Positions 49,693 through 62,311 of a stretch of DNA of 64,000 nt are shown here, piece after piece. Origin of the DNA: Octopus sinensis. Lineage: Eukaryota. The DNA lies in contig NC_043023.1 in NCBI RefSeq assembly GCF_006345805.1, forward strand, positions 2,728,001-2,792,000, given 5' to 3'. The position numbers and the translations under genes are program-made. The number at the start of each line of letters is the position of its first letter. Within the stretch, counting starts at the first letter, position 1. Under the pieces are notes generated by a model, which did no database searches, was not told where the DNA came from, and worked only from the letters and a program-made list of their open reading frames with translations.

Positions 49693-50127
49693 TGTGTGTG
49701 ATGCGTGTAAATATATATATATATATGTATATATATACATATATATATACATATATACATATATATATACATATATACACATACATACACACACACACAT
49801 ATATATATACATATGTATATGCATACATATCTATATATATGTGTGTGTGTGTGTATATATATATATACACACACATATATATATATATGTATTTATTTTC
49901 AAATGTGCATATCTCTTTGTGTGTTTGTGTGCATGTATGTATATGCATATGTGAGTGAGTGTATATGCATGTGTGCATGCATTTATTCATATCCGGTTTT
50001 GTATGCCTATGTGTACTTATATATGTGCACATGTGTGTATACACGTTTGTAATGTGAATGTGTGTGTGTGTGAGTATGTGCAAAATACATATTTATGTGT
50101 ATACATGTTTAAAATATCGGACATCAT

Positions 50128-50363
50128 TGAGGCGCAATGGCCCAGTGGTTAGGGCAGCGGACTTGCGGTCGGAGGATCGCGGTTTCGATTCCCAGACCGG
50201 GCGTGTGTGTGTTTATTGAGCGAAAAACACCTAAAAGCTCCACGAGGCTCCGGCAGGGGATGGTGTTGATCCCTGCTGTACTCTTTCACCACTCTAAAAG
50301 GCGGTGCTCCAGCATGGCCGCAGTCAAATGAAAAGTACAAAAAAAAAAAAAAAAAAAAAAAAA
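50128..50363 (+). mobile_element. Chimeric SINE: GAGGCGCAATGGCC head + SINE-A tail + A25
   Basis: Junction CTCTTTCACCACT-CTAAAAGGCGGTGCTCCAGC; poly(A) 50339-50363. Confidence 0.75.
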
Positions 50364-51263
50364 TCATATTCAAGTCTGCTTCATATTTGTGTATACATGT
50401 ATAAAAGATATATACATTGTTTGTCATGTATGTGTTTAATATAGTTTGATATTCATTCTTTTATTGGCTTCAGTCATTTGACTGCGGCCATGCTGGAGCA
50501 CTGCTTTTGTCGAACAAATCGACCCCAGGACTTATTCTTTGTATGCCCAGTACTTATTCTATCCGACTCTTTTGCTGAATTACTAAGTTACAGGGACATG
50601 AACACACCAGCATCGGTTATTAAGCGATGTTGGAGAGACAAGCACAGACACACAAACATACACACACACATATACTATATATATGTATATATACGTATTT
50701 CAAAATAGAAAATTACCCTTTAACAGGCAATTTTACATGCTAGATATAGCAGCCAACACGGCCAAAAAAACACAATTTTATAGCAAATTTCAAAGTAAGT
50801 GAAAAATAAATACCTTTACCTTGTTATATAACGGTTATACCATGGTTTCGGATTACCTAAGCAGAATAATATCGTTTGCTATCTTTTAATAGATAATTTA
50901 GCAAGACCATATTGTCTCCCAGGCGAATCCTCGTCACCTTATGTACCTTATGTATGTATATATATATACATATATACGAAAGCTTCTTTCAGTTTCCTTC
51001 TACCAAATCCACTCAGAAGGCTTTAGTCGGCCCGAGGCTATAGTAGAAGACACTTGCCCAAAGTGCCATGCAGTGGGACTGAACTCGGAACCATGTGGTT
51101 GGTAACCAAGCTACTTACCACACAGCATTCCTGCATAATGTGTGTTTCATATATATACTTTTATATTTTCATTGCTTTATATATTTTTATACATTTTTCT
51201 GTATTTTGCTTTCACCCTGCATTTTTCTTATGCATGTGTGTATAAAGACATGTATATTAACTT

Positions 51264-51294
<31 letters not shown>

Positions 51295-51365
51295 ATGTAT
51301 ATATGTACATATGTAAGTTTGCATATATATGTAAAAATTCCAAAACTACTTTTTCTTCATGCATA

Positions 51366-52113
51366 CCGTAAATCCTCGAGTATAATCCGCACTTTTTTCC
51401 CCAAAATTTAAAGGTCAAAATCCCTAGTGCGTACTATATATGAGGTTAAAAATGAAAGTTATTTTCTAAGCAATGTCCAAGTCTCCATTTGATGTTTGGC
51501 AATGTTTATTCAGACGCTTTTTGTGATTTCGGGTGCGAAAATACCTTAAGCTAAGCCTGAAAGCAATGAAGTCATAAAAGAATCATCCATAACTTGCAAT
51601 AAGCAACATTTATTAAAATAAAAGTATTCAGAACACAGAATAACATGTAACAAAAACAATTGGCAAACATATTTACATTCCCATATAACAGTTAAGAACA
51701 CCACCATTATTGTATTACGCATGCGCGGAAGTGTTTGTTCAACTCGGTGCTGCTGGCTTAATTACGCACAACTCAAGTTAAAGAAGGGGTGCATATTATA
51801 CACAAGGTTTAGGTTTTTCAGAGGCACAGCCCCCTAAAAATCTTTATTAAACGTTATTACTGTTATTTCTTTATTTTGTGCAAACAAAATGCATAAAAAC
51901 AGCTACACATTTGCATTATGTTATATATACAATCATAATAAAGGACGTTACCGTATACATTTTTACAAACCAAGGCTGTTATATAGACCTCCTTGACTCA
52001 AGTTAGAGAAGGGGTGCGTATTATACACAAGGTTTAGGTTTTTCAGAGGCACGGACCCCCAAAAATCCCCAGCGTATTATACTCAAGGGTGGACTATACT
52101 CAAGGATTTACAG
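51366..52113. mobile_element. Non-autonomous Tc1/mariner (pogo/Tigger-like) element
   Basis: TA flanks; TIR CCGTAAATCCTCGAGTATA / TATACTCAAGGATTTACAG; internal ~65-bp direct repeat. Confidence 0.75.
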
Positions 52114-52394
52114 TACATTATATATTCCTCTTAATATATGTGTGTAAAATGCATGTCTCATATATCTTTTACCTGTTTCAGTCATTTGATTGCAGCCATG
52201 CTGGGGCACCAACTTGATGCATTTTACTCGAACAGATCAACCCCCAACACTGTTTTTCTTTAAAGCCTGGTAAGTATTCTATTGGTTTCTTTTGCTAAAT
52301 TGCTAAGTTATGGGGGGGATGGAGACACCCTAACACCAGGTGTCAGACAGTGGTAGGGGACAAACACATATACAAAGATGCACACACACATACG

Positions 52395-52580
52395 TATCAT
52401 CATCATCATTATTTAATGTCTGTTGTCCATGCTGTCATGGGTTGGACGGTTTGACCAGAACTGGTAAGCTGAGGAGCTGCACCAGGTTCCAGTCTGATCT
52501 GGCAGAGTTGCTACAGCTGGATGCCCTTCCTAATGCCAACCACTCCGAGAGTGTAGTGGGTGCTTTTATGTCCCACTGGA
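52395..52580 (-). mobile_element. SINE-B
   Basis: (CAT)n, GGATGCCCTTCCTAATGCCAACCACTCCGAG. Confidence 0.8.
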
Positions 52581-52899
52581 ACAGGAGCCTGTGGTGTATG
52601 CGGGAAATTTGAAATAGAGACCCCTACCTTCTCTTCGTCGATGTAGACCTCTCCAGCGATAACACGCCCTTCCACGTGGCCCGACACGAACGCTAGAAAT
52701 AGCAGCTGCTTTCCCCCTACCTTGACAAAGCGCTCACATGTCCAGCTCTGTCAGCTACCCCGACCGGAAAGGCCCAATGCTCTCTTGCCTGTGCATGCAT
52801 CACTCCTGCCCTTTCCTGTTCTGGTCAGCCCCAAGTTCCACTCAACCCCAAGTTCCAATCAGTTCCCCAGCTGCTGATGTTATCCCACAGAGCTATTTG

Positions 52900-52985
52900 T
52901 GTGACACCAGTATCTGCCATGAATATGCTTTCATTTGGCTTGATGGGTCTTCTTCTCAAACACAGCATATTGCCAAAGGTCTCGG
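52900..52985 (-). mobile_element. RTE 3' fragment
   Basis: Minus DLWQYAVFEKKTHQAK*, homologous to 17640-17687. Confidence 0.65.
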
Positions 52986-53282
52986 GCTTCTTTCAGTTTC
53001 CATCTACCATATCCACTCACAAGGCTTTGGTCAGTCTGAAGTTATAGGAAGACACTTGCCCAAGATGCCTCGCAGGGGGACTGAACCTGGAACCATGAAT
53101 TTGAGAAGCAAGCTTCTTACTACACAGCCATGCCTGTAGGTTTGTGTTTGCCTTACATTTCATACAAACTCACTCATACACAGATATACATACGCATACA
53201 AAGTCATTCATATATACACTGATATAGACATTTACATATAGGCTTGGACGAGTTAATGTATACACACATATACATAGAGCTG

Positions 53283-53465
53283 TTGGCGATTTTCTTCCTC
53301 TGTCTTCCCTTCTATTGGACTTTCTTCTGTTTCTGAACAGGAGCATCTGCTCGAAACATTAAACCATGTTTCTTTCCTTGCCTGAGTGTCTGCTAATACT
53401 TTTTGATATACTACGTCTTCGTGTTGTTGTTTTTTTGTGTTTCTTCTTCTTTTTTGGATGTACTA
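53283..53465 (+). mobile_element. HHR-bearing repeat, degenerate
   Basis: GTTT-CTGAACA-G-GAGC-ATCT-GCTC-GAAAC-AT-T-AAAC at 53329-53364. Confidence 0.65.
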
Positions 53466-53566
53466 TATATATATATACTACTAACATAGGATGAAGATTT
53501 TTTCTCTACAGAAAAAATTTCATCAAGAAATGTGGCAGCATATTAAAATACCTTTACGGTTAAAAT

Positions 53567-53830
53567 TATAAACAACTTATAAGTAAGGGCTAAAGAAAAT
53601 TATTTCAAAGCCAATATGCTACCAGATTTTTTAAATTGTCAATTTCCGCATAAAATATACTCACTACAGCAAACACAGAAGAAATGAAGTCGGGCAAGCT
53701 GGCCGTTAGAATTTCTAAAAACTCGTTATCTCTATATAGAATCAATTTCGGAATGACGATTTAATAATCTGTTATCAGCATATTGGCTTTGAAATAATTT
53801 TCTTTAGCCCTTACTTATAAGTTGTTTATA
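53567..53830. mobile_element. Fold-back element with perfect 54-bp arms
   Basis: 53567-53620 is the exact reverse complement of 53777-53830. Confidence 0.85.
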
Positions 53831-53848
53831 TATATATATATATATATG

Positions 53849-54320
53849 TCTATTATATAAAATCCGTTCTGTGTGTGTGTCTTCTAGGATCTCGAGCATT
53901 CTCCATCCAATTGCGCTCAAATTTGATATGTAGATACCGATGGTATCAAGGCGTGTATAAGTCTTTAAAAAATGACAAAAATCGATTCCAGGTGAGAATG
54001 CGATCAATAAAGCCGTGGGAATGTGCAGTTGTACACACAAGTATATCTGCTGTTGCAATCGATACTACGCATATGCGAGAAAAATGCATGTGCAGTTTCC
54101 TGCATGTTTTATCAGATAAACTTATTATTGTCCCAGGTACGTTCTCATAAATTCACCCTGCTTTTCCATCTAGATTTACCTCCAGCTAACCCATTTGCAG
54201 GCATTGTTTTTGTCCTGCTTTTCTTCCGTCAACCTGTACATAACTGCACCTTCCATTTTTTGTTGTTTTTGTACTGCTTGAAGACATGTTTCTTTCCTGC
54301 CAAGCTTACTGTTTAAACCA
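53849..54320 (+). mobile_element. Helitron-like element, 5' part
   Basis: TCTATTATATAAAATCC...TGTGTGTGTC start; homologous to 25845-26120. Confidence 0.5.
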
Positions 54321-54659
54321 GTAAGCTTTGGTTGGCTTGAAGCTATAGTAGAAGACACTTACCCAAGGTGCCATGCAGTGGGGGGACTGAACCCGGAACC
54401 ATGTGGTTGGGAAGCAAGCTTCTTACCACACAGCCACTCTTGCACCTATATGTCTATACACACACATACAAACACACAGACATGCGCATACACACACACA
54501 AACACATACACATATAAGTAGGCTTGTTCACATATACATAGAACTAGGTATACACATATACATACACACAGACACATACATATACACGCACGCACCAAGA
54601 AGTTAGCATAACACACACATACATACATAAGTAGATACACATATATATACATGTACATA

Positions 54660-54894
54660 TATCATCATCATCATCATCGTTTAGCATCCGTTTTCCATGC
54701 TAGCATGGGTTGGACGGTTCAACTGGGGTCTGGGAAGCTGGAAGGCTTCGTCAGGCCCAGTCAGATCTGGCAGTGTTTCTACGGCTGGATGCCCTTCCTA
54801 ACGCCAACCACTCCGCGAGTGTAGGGGTGTGTTTTTACGTGCCACCTGCACAGGTGCCAGACAGAGCTGGCAAACGGCCACGAATGGATGGTGC

Positions 54895-54900
<6 letters not shown>
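54660..54900 (-). mobile_element. SINE-B, young
   Basis: (CAT)n...GGATGCCCTTCCTAACGCCAACCACTCCG. Confidence 0.85.
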
Positions 54901-54951
<51 letters not shown>

Positions 54952-55635
54952 TATATATTACACATACACACACATACAAACACAGAAACATGTACATAGA
55001 CACATACACAAAGACACATTTACATACACGCATACATACGCATAAAAGTAGACATACACATACGCACACACATTCCTATACATACAGACACACAGACACA
55101 TACAAATACACGCACCAATATGTACACATAGTACACATAAACACACACACGTAAAGAAAGACATATATGCATACACACACACACACACACATAAAAATTG
55201 ACATACATATACATTGAGGTAGATACACTCATGCATATATGCACTTATACACACACACATGCACACACTTGCACTCTTATAAACATTCGCAAACACACAG
55301 ACAGACACACACACATCATATAGATATAAATACACACACTCACACTTATACACATTCACACACACATAGAAATAAGGACACATACACACACACTTATACA
55401 CATTCAAACACATATATATAAGCATAGATACACACATACACACGCACATATATATATATATAAACACCCCCACACACACACATACACTCACGTATACACA
55501 TTCAAACACAGATAGAAACACATGCACACACACACACACAGAGACTTATACACATTCACACACATAAATACAAATATAGATACACGCATATACATATATA
55601 TAAACCCACAGACACACACACACACACACACACAC
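54900..55635. repeat. (TA)n/(CA)n compound microsatellite
   Basis: Direct. Confidence 0.95.
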
Positions 55636-55954
55636 AGCAAATAGCTGTTCTGATGACACTTCAGAAATGTCAGTGCAAAGCCATTGTTGCAGAAAACACT
55701 TGGAAATATTCCAAGGGTTCCACAGAAAATGGCCCTTAAAAATCATCCCCCACCTCTTCTCCTTGAGATTTAACTGAAGCACTAGAAATTTGAGACTATC
55801 TAAAATGGAACATTGTGGAAAGTTCCTCAATGTGGATGGTTGGCCAGCTAGAAATAGCAGCTACGTCTCTCTCATGTCGTTCGTTACTTTGGTGAAAATG
55901 ATGGAGAGGATATTTTAAAATACTTCAGATTGGATGGTCATTCCTGAAATACTC

Positions 55955-56340
55955 TCTCTTTACTCTTTTACTTGTTTCAGTCATTTGACTGTGGCCATGC
56001 TGGGGCACCGCCTTTAGTCGAGCAAATCGACCCCAGGACTTATTCTTTGTAAGTACTTATTCTATCGGTCTCTTTTGCCGAAACGCTAAGTTATGGGGAC
56101 GTAAACACACCAACATCGGTTGTCAAGCGATGTTGGGGGGACAAACACAAACACACACACACACACATACATATGTATATGATGGGCTTCTTTCAGTTTC
56201 CATCTACCAAATCCACTCACAAGGCTTTGGTTGGCCCAAGGCTATAGTAGAAGACACTTGCCCAAGGTGCCACGTAGTGGGACTGAACCTGGAACCATGT
56301 GGTTCATAAGCAAGCTACTTACCACACAGCCACTCCTGCA
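55955..56340 (-). mobile_element. SINE-A, full length
   Basis: All modules. Confidence 0.9.
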
Positions 56341-56364
56341 CTATGTCTATGATGTCTATGATCA

Positions 56365-56980
56365 TTTGTCTGCTGGATCAGAAGCAACCTAGGGTTAAAC
56401 AGCAACCACTAATATTAACTCCGATATTGTACATTAGATAATGTAGTCCTAGATACACCATGTCTGGGTAAAAGATGGAATGGTCACAGCTGGAACATCT
56501 TTGATCATTGGAGGTCAGCTGGATCAGGACTGACCTGGGGCTGAAAAACAACAGCTACTATACATTAGACAATGTAGTCCAAGATACACTATGTCTGAAT
56601 AAAAGATGGGATGGTCACAGTTGAAACGTCTTTGATCATTGGGGGTCAGCTGGATCAGGACTGTCCTGGGGCTAAATGATAACAACTACTTTAGCCACTA
56701 ATACTAACTACTATACTATCACTTTAGATAATGTAGTCCAAGATACACTATGCCTGAATAAAAGAGGGAATGGTCATGGCTGAGACATCTTTGATCATAG
56801 GTCTGTCTGGATCAGGACTGACCTGGGGCTAAACAACAACAGCTATAGCCACTAATACAAACTATTATACTGTACATTAGATACACTATGAATAAAAGAG
56901 AGGACGGTCACAGTTGGAACGTCTTTGATCACAGCTTCCTTCATCAAGTCTGACCTGGGGTTAAACAACAGCAGCAACAG
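56365..56980 (+). repeat. Four-five tandem copies of a ~125-150-bp retro-tail unit
   Basis: ACATTAGATAATGTAGTCC.AGATACAC...TTTGATCAT...GACCTGGGGCTAAACAACAAC. Confidence 0.85.
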
Positions 56981-57039
56981 CCCATGGTCTTTTGCCTGAA
57001 GATAATAATAAATTTTGGTGTCTTGTATTCAAGTCTACC

Positions 57040-57420
57040 ATGTAGAGGTTTCCTTGGATGTAATTTGAGGGATGTTTGACTGCTATTTCTAACAATACTA
57101 GCTACCATGCAAAAATCTCCCTCATTGTCTTATACACACATGTATATACATAAGGTGTGATTTGAGAGAGTTTGGCAGCTATTTCTACGAGGTCTGCCTA
57201 CAATGTAGAGGTCTCCCTCTTCAGCTCATATATACATACCGAAGACAGTAGCATGTGAATTGAGGAGGATTTGGCTGCTATTTCTACCAGGTCTACCTAC
57301 CATGTAGAGATTTCCCTCATTGGCTCATACATATATACATACATAAGACTGTAGCATGTGATTTGAGGGAGATTTGGCTGCTATTTCTACCAGGTCTACC
57401 TACAATGTTAGGTCTTCATT
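57040..57420 (-). repeat. Four tandem copies of a ~100-bp unit
   Basis: GATTTGAGGGAGATTTGGCTGCTATTTCTA.CAGGTCTACCTAC recurs. Confidence 0.8.
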
Positions 57421-57900
57421 GATTCAAACATACAAGGAAGTACCCAAAAGTAACAGGAAACTTTCTCTGTGAGAGAAGCCCATGGCAGTTCAGGATTCCA
57501 CCACTAGAAGCCACTTGATGCGGCCCTCAGGCATCAGTCTAACAACCAATGTCCTCAGGTGGGGGCCGAAGTGCCACATGTTGCATCTTAGTTTTGCAGC
57601 GCCCTTCCCCTGTTCATCTTTCAGTTTCTGTCTACCAAATCCATTCACAAGGCTTTGGTCGACCTGAGGCTATAGTAGAAGACACTTGCCCAAGGTGCCA
57701 CACAGTGGGAATGAACCCAGAGCCATGTGGTTGGTAAGCAAGCTACTTACCACACAGCCACTCCTGCGCCTATACATGTTCTATATATGTGTGTGTCTGT
57801 TTGCTGTTCATATGTTGTGACTGCAAGTGGTGACTGGATTGAAGATCCTGTGTACCAAACGGTATAAATTCAGAGTGGCCAGAGGTTGATTCAACCAAAA

Positions 57901-58474
57901 TCTCTCTATATATAAAGCTGAAGTTGTCTGTGTGGTAGCCTTCAACTAACACTATCTCCTCCGAAACCCTGTGGTGCAAGTTGACCAAAATTGAGAGTAT
58001 GATAGAAGAAGGTTTGCTCTTCCTTCCGTAGAAGATAAAATTCAAATCGGACCATGTTAACACCAAAAATTATTTACATCAAAAAGGTGCTTTTTTTCTA
58101 TGAAAATCCCTTTGTCTGTGTATGACAGGTTTGGTAGCCTTCAACTAACACTATCTCCTCCGAAACCCTGCGGCGCAAGTTGACCAAAATTGAGAGTATG
58201 ATAGAAGAAGGCTTGCTCTTCATTCCGTAGAAGATAAAATTCAAATTGGACCATGTTAACACCAAAAATTATTTACATCAAAAAGGTGCTTTTTTGCTAT
58301 GAAAATCCCTATTTTTTACAATTTTTTTACTGCTGTGTCGCCATTTTTCAGTGTATTTCAACCAGGAAAATGTTCACTTAAAGAGAATGACAAGCTACAT
58401 AATGCAAAATTTTTACTTTTCAAAAATTCCAATTCTAAAGGGTCGAAACAAGCGATGCCAGGCGACACTGCTAG
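57901..58474 (+). mobile_element. Non-autonomous Helitron with ~190-bp internal tandem duplication
   Basis: A|TCTCTCTATATATAAAG 5' end, GCGATGCCAGGCGACACTG-CTAG|T 3' end; 57930-58110 repeated at 58130-58309. Confidence 0.75.
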
Positions 58475-59096
58475 TAATATATACATCTAAGTGTGTGTGT
58501 GTGTTTGTGTCTCTTTGCCATTGTATCTTCTGATATTTGTAAAGTGATTGCCACTGTCATACGAATAGTGCCATTCATTTCCAATATTCCACAAGAATAT
58601 GTCTGTTCATGAGAGGGGGGATATTACTTTGCTTGGAAACAGGCGAGGGTTTGCAACAGGAAAGGCATCCAGTCTTAGAAAATCTGTCTCAGTTTATTAA
58701 TTACATCCAATCCATGCAAGCATGACAAAATGAATGTTAATGATGATGATATAGACAATATTTCTGCATCTAGCATAATTATAGAAAAAGAAGTCTTTAA
58801 TAGTCTGAATTAATTACCGTATTCTTTAAATAATCTATTCATCCATTTTGTTAGAGCTTCCTCATGTTATAAAGTTTATATTTTATAAAGTTTATATTTT
58901 GTACACTTCTTAAACATACTCCATCTGGTGGCATTCTTGAAATCTGTTTGCATTTTCCATAAATCCTATTTTTTCTCTTCAAATTTTCAACTAATATTTT
59001 ATCTTGTTTTCAATGCTTTCATTTCTAATCTTGCTTATTATACATATTTCTCAATGAATACAGTTTCCTTGTTAAAATAACATACACACACACAAC

Positions 59097-59152
<56 letters not shown>

Positions 59153-59639
59153 GTATATACATGCGTTTGTGGTAGCCATTTTTATTTCGTGCGATAGTAC
59201 AATTATTTGTTATACACAAATTTTATCTTTGTAAAACTGTTTTATTGTTCCAATTTATTTACCGTTTGTTTCCAAAACAATTCTATTGTAACGTAGAATC
59301 TTTTCTAAACCTTTGTCATTCAAAATATTCACTTGTTATACCGTATTTATCAATAAGTTTTTTCGTTTTTAACTTCAACATTCTTTTGTACAAAACAGGA
59401 ACAATTGTCTTTCTGCGAATGTTTATCTCTTAATATATACATTTATATCGTATTAACACAACTTTCACTTGTAGCAAATAAGGTAGGTAGTTTTTTTTAA
59501 TTTTATTTTATTGTATTTTCGCTTTTCTTTTCAAGTTTTTGTTAGTTTTGTGAGCTGTATTTGCTGTGTAATGTATCTGTCTTATAATGTATTTATAACG
59601 TTCTCTTTTCACAAGCTATGTACATATTTCCATCTAGAT

Positions 59640-59996
59640 ATATATATATTTTCTTTTATATATTTTTCCTTCTTGTCAGTTGTATTTTAGCATGGTTTTT
59701 ACCACAGCATTTGTGTATATACATATATATATATATATACATACTTGTATATATATATATATATGCATGTATATGTGTGTATATATATATATAACTAGAT
59801 AAATAAGTAGATAGATAGTTAGATAGATAGATATGTATGCATTTATATGAATTTATATATTTGTATATATGTATATATATATGCATTTATCTGTATTTAT
59901 ATATTTATATATATATATGCATATACACATGTATTATATATATATATATATGTATATATATTATACATGTATATATATATATACATATATATAAAT

Positions 59997-60034
<38 letters not shown>

Positions 60035-60270
60035 TAGATAGATAAATAGATCTATATAGATATATATGTAAGCATTATGCGTATTTATATATATATATTT
60101 ATATATATATTGTATATATATGTGTGTATATATATATTTATGCGTATTTATATATATATATTTATATATATATTTGTATATATATGTGTGTATATATATA
60201 TGTATGTGTATATATATATATATATATACATATATGTATTGTAAGTATATATTATGTATATATGAATACA
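59640..60270. repeat. (TA)n-rich microsatellite
   Basis: Direct. Confidence 0.95.
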
Positions 60271-60994
60271 TGGCTACCATTGTTTGTTTTCCTGCTCCAA
60301 CAACACAGCATGCCCCCTTTCTTTACAATACGTCTTCATAAAGTAAAAGCAAATATGTATTTAAATCCGTAACACCATTATAACAGATTTGACCTTTCGA
60401 AATGCTAGCTCATTATATAACATCACACATAAATATGTAAAAATATCAAACATGATATACACATAATATACACACATATGCAGAAATTTCTTGTATCAAA
60501 AATGTCTGAAAATTGTTTGCAAATATATTCTGCACCAAATGCAAATACCGAAATATACTAATAACCAGACAAAGAAGAGAAAATTTGCAGATTGCGTTTG
60601 CTCTTCAGCAGTAATTTAACAAGGAAAAAAAAAACAATATGGCTGCCATAATCGTTTGCTTAACAATGGAGGCTTTTTGCTTTTTTGTTACAAAATGGCT
60701 TTATAATTATATGGTTTAATATTCACTGAAGTTGATTGCATTTTGGTGTTTTAGTATTGTCTTGTCTTCTGTGTTCTGTTAGGGAATTTTCAGTGTTATA
60801 TTTTAGTATATTTTTTACTGCAATTTCAAGCAGTAAGTCTCATTATTATGAAATTAACAAACAGTATCATCAATCACTTTTAATCTGCAAATGGTTATGG
60901 GAAGAATATTTTTTAAGACATTTTATTTCATTTTCAAAATGTCCTTTTCAATCTCTGTATTTCAAGTTACATTTTACTGTAGTGATTAGTAATT

Positions 60995-61121
60995 TGTTTC
61001 TTCTTCTTCCACTTCTTCTTTTTCTTCTTCCACTTATTCCACTTCTTCTTTTTCCACTTCTTCTTCTTCTTCCACTTCTTCTTCTTCTTCTTCTTCTTCC
61101 TCGTCTTCTTCGTCTTCTTCT

Positions 61122-61152
<31 letters not shown>
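60995..61152. repeat. (CTT)n microsatellite
   Basis: Direct. Confidence 0.95.
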
Positions 61153-61399
61153 ACCCTCTTCCAATCTATTCCATTAGGGCTAATTTAAATGTGGTTTAGA
61201 CAGCTCTCATTCCCTTTGATTCATAAGAAATCAAGGGATCTTTCTTTGCACAATTAGACCACAAGGGTGTCCTTCCATCTAAGAGAAGTAGGCATCAAAT
61301 TTTATCTTGAGGTGAGAGGACAATTCAGCCCCTCTAGAAAAGATCAGCAGTCAAACGTGTGCACTTAACCTATAGTCACTTTTTTCCTGATTCCCTTCT

Positions 61400-61545
61400 C
61401 TTTTATAACCCCTTGTCTTTCTAAACCTTCTCTTCCCAATGTCTCCTTTACTTTCCTTTAGTATCTGATGAAGGACTTTCTCCAAAACGTAATAACTTTT
61501 AATTTGTTTCTTTCTTTGAGTGTCAAAATAATAATATTGACAGAA
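61400..61545 (+). mobile_element. HHR-bearing repeat, degenerate
   Basis: TAT-CTGATGA-A-GGA-CTTTC-TCC-AAAAC-GT-A-ATA at 61462-61494 (G12 to A at a CpG). Confidence 0.55.
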
Positions 61546-61802
61546 CAGCTGTGAGGAATGTCAATATTGTATTAATTCAAACCTTCAATGCTTTGAATGA
61601 GCTCTGGATTAACCATTAAGCCAAATAACAGCATGCTTAGTGGGGGCATCACAGAAATGGTAATTTTTTTACAACACAAAAGCAATCACCTTAAACTTGC
61701 TACAATAATATTTCAGATGATTTATATGGCCAGAAATATGATTTCTAAGTGTTTATGGTGTCATAGTGAGGATTTGAGTGAAAATTTAGCTTTTAAAAGG
61801 CA

Positions 61803-62062
61803 TAAATAAAAAATAAATGCGCCCTTTTAAAGCCTAGTCAGGCTCATGGGCCTGGTTTTCCAGTTTCAATGGCGTATGTGTTCTCCAGCTGGACGGGATG
61901 CCAGTCCATCGCAGCATTACTCATTTTTTCCAGATGAGCGGACTGGAGCAACGTGAAAGGAAGTGTTTTGCTCAAGAACACAATGCGTCGCCCGATCCGG
62001 GAATTGAAACCACAATCTTACGATCATGAGTCCAACACCCTAACCACTAAGCCACGTGCCTC
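61803..62062 (-). mobile_element. tRNA-derived SINE with V-domain-like core
   Basis: Head GTGGCTTAGTGGTTAGGG, TGTTCTTGAGCAAAACAC, GCGATGGACTGGCATCCCGTCCAG, tail AAAAGGGCGCATTTATTT. Confidence 0.75.
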
Positions 62063-62079
62063 AACTAAATGTTTCTTCT

Positions 62080-62311
62080 CGAGTCATGCCAGGCTCATAA
62101 GGGCCGGTTTCCGTGTTGTATATATTCCCCACCTGGACGAGACCCTGGTCTATTGCAGGATTACTCATTTTGGCCAGCTGAGTGGACTGGAGCAATGTGA
62201 AATGAAGTGTTTTGTTCAGGAACACAATGCATCGCCCGGTCCAAGAATTGAAACCACAACCTTACGATTGTGAGTACAACACCCTAACCACTAAGCCATG
62301 AACCTCCACTT
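62080..62311 (-). mobile_element. tRNA-derived SINE: 61803-type head with 11228-type tail
   Basis: Tail GGAAACCGGCCCTTATGAGCC. Confidence 0.7.

Noticed and set aside
55645-55680. CTGATGA-CACTTCA-GAAATGTC
   Set aside because: No stem II or stem I pairing
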